A stretch of 63,808 bases of DNA, the filler included, from Lama guanicoe (lineage: Eukaryota): assembly GCA_013239625.1 (NCBI GenBank). It is 94 parts of 94 records of this genome, joined end to end, with 100 filler letters (N's around TTAATTAATTAA, not from the genome) between each part and the next. Parts side by side here need not be neighbours in the genome. Positions count along the whole stretch, not along the records: positions 61,775 to 62,661 come from PNXV01028266.1; positions 62,762 to 63,377 come from PNXV01028267.1; positions 63,478 to 63,808 come from PNXV01028277.1; 91 more parts are not named here. One strand, 5' to 3'. The first letter of the stretch is position 1, and each line of letters opens with the position of its first letter. Both the position numbers and the translations under genes were made by a program. The notes under the pieces were generated by a model. It was given only the letters and a program-made list of their open reading frames with translations. It had not been told where the DNA came from and made no database searches. This document shows positions 61,675 through 63,808 of the stretch, piece by piece.

Positions 61675-63808
61675 NNNNNNNNNNNNNNNNNNNNNNNNNN
61701 NNNNNNNNNNNNNNNNNNTTAATTAATTAANNNNNNNNNNNNNNNNNNNNNNNNNNNNNNNNNNNNNNNNNNNNAAGCCACGTCCCAGCTGAGGGGTGAC
61801 AGAGGCCAGTGGGGGAGGGGGAGCAACAGAGGGAGCTGGGCCTCAAAGGAGGGGTGAAGGAGGGGCTGGAGATGGGCGAGGGTGAAGGGCAAATCTGGGA
61901 AATATGATCGGTGGGTTCAAGGGGTCTGTGAAGTTACGAGGCGTGCCGCCAGGTGGCCTGGTGCCCTGGTGCCCTGGCAGCACCGGGTGCCCTGGGCAGC
62001 GTTCCAGGGGAAGAGTTGGGATGTAAACTTGGGGGTCCGCAGGGAGGGGGGCCTGCCAGACTGTGAGGAGGAGCCCAGTGGCCCTGGGGAGTCAGTGGGG
62101 AGGGGAAGTTTGGGGGAGATACTGGGTGCCACCTGCAGGAGCGGGGGGGTGAAGGAGGTGGATGGCCACCCTGGACAGGGAGACAGAGATTCAGAATCAC
62201 AGACACCTTGTGAGCATGAGAAGCCAGAGGAGGGAGACAGAAAGGACCCCCGGGGCCCCTGAGGCCCAGCCTCAGTCAGGGGCCAGCAAGGGGTGAGGAG
62301 CTCCCTAGTAGGAACCAGAGAGGGGGAAGGGCCCCAGCTGAGGGGGACCCCAAAGGTGAGGAGGAGATGGGGACGGGGGCTCCTGAGGCCTGAGCTGAGC
62401 CGGGTAAAGGTCACAGGGAAATCTGTACACTGTAAGGAGCTGTGGGCACACCAGGGTGGGGCTTGGTATCTTTCCAGGGCCACTGGGACCTGCTCTGGTC
62501 AGGGCTGGCAGGGGTCGGTCAGCAGGGAGAATTCCCCAGGGAGATGACTGCCTTCATGAGGGGAGGGGTGGCGGGGAGGGGCCCACCCACCCCTACAGCA
62601 TCCCCTACCCTGCCCGTGAGCCTCCCCAGCAAGGAGGGGGCTAGCAGGGCGAGTGTCAGAGNNNNNNNNNNNNNNNNNNNNNNNNNNNNNNNNNNNNNNN
62701 NNNNNTTAATTAATTAANNNNNNNNNNNNNNNNNNNNNNNNNNNNNNNNNNNNNNNNNNNNATGTCATCCTGATAGAGGTCTTCAGGCAAAGTGTCTTCC
62801 TGGAAACAGGACTTCATTCAGCGGGCCAGGCGGTGAATTAGCCTGCCCCTTAAAGACCCATCACCTTGCACAGAGAGCTGCTCCTAGTTGTAGAAACCCT
62901 CTTTTCAAGAAATTTGTCAAACTCTTTTATGCTTATCATTGACCTGCCTAATGTCTGTTTTACTTAATTGAGGAAAAAAAATGCAGAGCCCCAGGGATGG
63001 ATTCACCTGCCAAAGTGCAGACAAATGACCAAAATCCAAGCCTGTAACCCCTGAGATTACTTGCTAGACACTGGCGTGCCTCCCTAGATGTCAGAAAAAC
63101 TTCCAAGATAAACTTCTCCACGCAGGTAAGATGGCCACTGTAAGAAAGGGTGAGCAGCACGTGAAGGCTCCGTAGCCACCACACCCACATCCCAGTGAAA
63201 GTTACAGCCTGACAGGCCTCAGCAGTGCTGCCTTCTATGGCTCACTGGCAGCCATGGAGCCCTGAGCTGAAGATGCCACGTCCCTTCTGCCACTCAGTTC
63301 CATCTCACTGAGTGTGTCCTAGACACTCTGTGCCTCAGTCGACCAAACAAAACAGACCCACTGCGAGGACTAGCTAGNNNNNNNNNNNNNNNNNNNNNNN
63401 NNNNNNNNNNNNNNNNNNNNNTTAATTAATTAANNNNNNNNNNNNNNNNNNNNNNNNNNNNNNNNNNNNNNNNNNNNGTTTTCTTGGAGCAGAGACCCCA
63501 GAAATAAAAGCTGTGAGAAAAATCCAAAGGAAGATGCAGGGCAGTTAGAAAGCAGTCAGCTTTCTGGGATCAGCGAGAGATGGGCCTTGCGGTCTCTTGC
63601 ACATGGTGCTTTTTGCTGAAGAAATACGTAACATAAAACTCGTCCTGATTAAGGCGGCTATTGTGCTTCCCGAGGTGGCTCTTGGGCAGAACGGTTTTGA
63701 ATGGACTCAGAAGCCCCGAATCCTAAGGAGTTGAAGCCAGTGGAAATAGGCCTGACAGAGGCACTGGTTATCTCTCTGTATCCAGCGTGACAAGCCTTAT
63801 TCACAGTA

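Noticed and set aside
61882..62661. Overlapping 84-188 aa ORFs in G-rich DNA
   Set aside because: GC-rich, CpG-poor sequence with few stops on either strand; low-complexity Pro/Ser/Gly products and no domain
1008..62717. ORFs ending in X-runs plus LIN or N
   Set aside because: They read through Ns into the linker; the shared C-terminus is an artefact
63292..63315. Hairpin CACTCAGT-N8-ACTGAGTG
   Set aside because: An 8-bp stem is expected by chance in this much sequence; no supporting context
1004..63433. Regularly interspaced palindromic TTAATTAATTAA resembling a CRISPR-like array or novel repeat system
   Set aside because: Always embedded in exactly 44+44 Ns; it is an artificial six-frame-stop linker and the intervening pieces are unrelated mammalian contigs

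Overview
This is not contiguous genomic DNA. It is a concatenation of 94 short unplaced contigs (about 210-980 bp each) joined by 93 identical artificial 100-nt linkers (N44-TTAATTAATTAA-N44), so nothing can be inferred from adjacency across a linker. The DNA is mammalian and very probably camelid (alpaca/llama/camel), judged from the tRNA-derived Vic-1-type SINE and a camelid-type L1 3' end. Most of it is interspersed-repeat debris (L1, L2, MIR, MaLR, an ERV1-type solo LTR), microsatellites and three satellite families: a degenerate 7-bp TATTCTA/TATTCTG satellite with higher-order periods, a ~248-249 bp monomer and a GC-rich ~266-267 bp monomer. The only protein I recognise is the N-terminal part of an OR4C-like olfactory receptor whose expected ATG reads ATA. 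There is also a CpG-island promoter fragment with an RFX X-box, a CCAAT box and GC boxes, plus several unidentified candidate exons. I found no evidence of a novel biological system. The best local oddities are an 85-bp inverted repeat beside a G-rich tandem array, a strand-switch junction in the 249-bp satellite, an internally inverted L1 and a near-identical contig pair. Repeat subfamily names come from recalled consensus sequences, not a search, and repeat boundaries are approximate.
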